Source: Cyanidioschyzon merolae (lineage: Eukaryota). From it: a stretch of DNA of 64,000 nucleotides. A model generated the notes under the pieces. It was not told where the DNA came from. It made no database searches and was given only the letters and a program-made list of their open reading frames with translations. This document shows, in pieces, positions 63,019 to 64,000 of this stretch. Where the stretch lies: the NCBI GenBank assembly GCA_000091205.1, contig AP006496.2; one strand, 5' to 3'. Position 1 is the first letter of the stretch. The number at the start of each line of letters is the position of its first letter. Made by a program: the position numbers and the translations under genes.

Positions 63019-63984
63019 CTACATTTCGTCTGATGAACTTGAAAGAATCGCATCAGTATCACCCAGCTCTGATCGTCCTGATGCGGATTCCGTCTTGTTA
63101 CGCCGTTTCTGAGCCTGCTCGTGAGCCCATTCTCTAAAGTCGGTTTGCACGAGAAACTCCAAGCGATCTGTATAGCGCTGCTCGCTCTTCTTATAGTGTT
63201 CTAGTTCCTCAGAGAGACCTTTCTCATTCTTGAAGCGCTCCCATTGCCGTTGCGTCAGGGCGAAGGTGCTTGGACGATGCATTCGCCCACGCTCGGCTGC
63301 TATTTTGGGGAGACGTTTCATCAGCGTCGAGGCGGGCGCAGAAAAGGTTTGAGGATCCTGTCGATTGGACACCACAGCGGCACGAACGCGCCTGTCACTT
63401 ACTTCAGGGTGACTTGTCGAGGCATCCGCACTTGAAGTGAGGCCCAGGAGCATGTCTAATTCGGCGCTATCCTTTGTTCTGGTTGCAGTATCTAAACCAG
63501 TGGCGTCCACTGGATGCTGACAGCGCCGCAACGCCTGCCAGCGTGTCTCACGTCGCATCAGCTGACTCGTGGATTTCCGACTTGGTTGCTTGAGCCGCTT
63601 CATTGAGCGCCATGCCCGTTCGAACGAATCGTTGGTAGTCTCCGAAGCCTCTCCCCGTCGCACCGCTCTGTCCAGCGACTTGTGCATAGAGCAAAGTTCA
63701 CTCCAGACGCGCTGCACGAGTTCTCGTTCTTGCTGCTCACCGTTCTGCACCGCTGCGCTCTTTGCGGTGTTTGGTGGCTCTTCGCTGCTCCACGCATCGG
63801 GCTTTGACGTAACGGTATTCGAGTTCTCGGCACAAAGTGGTTCCAGTACGTGTGCTAGCGACGTCTCGAGACCCTGCTTCTGCGCACTCACACTACTTGA
63901 CGGTGTCGCTACGCCTGAGTCGTTTTCTGTTTCAGTGAGAGCTGGTGCAGCCACGTCCGACACGTTAGGCAAGGAGGCGTCCAT
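63019..63984 (-). CDS. Hypothetical protein, acidic/Ser-rich N-terminus and basic C-terminus, no recognised domain; may extend beyond the window edge
   Basis: A 321-aa ORF with non-repetitive, compositionally protein-like sequence (…KNEKGLSEELEHYKKSEQRYTDRLEFLVQTDFREWAHEQAQKRR…). Its start codon is 16 nt from the window end. Confidence 0.3.
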   Translation of the reverse strand: MDASLPNVSDVAAPALTETENDSGVATPSSSVSAQKQGLETSLAHVLEPLCAENSNTVTSKPDAWSSEEPPNTAKSAAVQNGEQQERELVQRVWSELCSMHKSLDRAVRRGEASETTNDSFERAWRSMKRLKQPSRKSTSQLMRRETRWQALRRCQHPVDATGLDTATRTKDSAELDMLLGLTSSADASTSHPEVSDRRVRAAVVSNRQDPQTFSAPASTLMKRLPKIAAERGRMHRPSTFALTQRQWERFKNEKGLSEELEHYKKSEQRYTDRLEFLVQTDFREWAHEQAQKRRNKTESASGRSELGDTDAILSSSSDEM

Positions 63985-64000
63985 GCAGCTGGTACCACTG

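Noticed and set aside
1-64000. A prokaryotic operon or defence island (restriction-modification, toxin-antitoxin, CBASS-like) as hinted by the task
   Set aside because: All confidently identified genes are eukaryotic nuclear genes with long intergenic regions, both-strand organisation and organellar presequences. No bacterial-type operon, RBS-spaced gene string or defence-gene signature was seen.

Overview
This window is GC-rich (about 58-60%) nuclear DNA from a gene-dense, largely intron-free eukaryote. The gene set is unmistakably eukaryotic: cullin-4, DCN1, VPS28, an NCBP3-like protein, a GCN2-type eIF2-alpha kinase, NHP2, eS26, a ubiquitin-like/eS31 fusion, mitochondrial ATP synthase delta and MRPL23. 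A bifunctional aspartokinase-homoserine dehydrogenase together with the compact intronless genes suggests a stramenopile or alga rather than a fungus or animal; that lineage call is inference only. About 20 protein-coding genes lie on both strands, with frequent convergent and divergent pairs. They are separated by 0.3-2.5 kb intergenic regions that carry tandem satellites (94-bp x8, 98-bp x3, 126-bp x2 twice), a three-copy dispersed transposon-like repeat family, a two-copy 160-bp dispersed element, and many trinucleotide microsatellites, several of them inside coding sequence. I found no prokaryotic operon, no CRISPR array and no defence island. The most unusual observations are: (1) a 1816-aa protein that fuses a TMCO4/DUF726 membrane hydrolase to a C-terminal Hsp70 substrate-binding-domain-like beta-sandwich; (2) a ubiquitin-eS31 fusion whose ubiquitin half is strongly diverged, resembling FUBI, yet keeps the C-terminal GGG; (3) the transposon-like repeat family with a frame-conserved ORF; (4) a GCN2-like RWD+kinase giant protein full of homopolymer tracts. 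Start codons, targeting peptides and any introns cannot be confirmed without tools. All coordinates come from the supplied ORF track and reading by eye.
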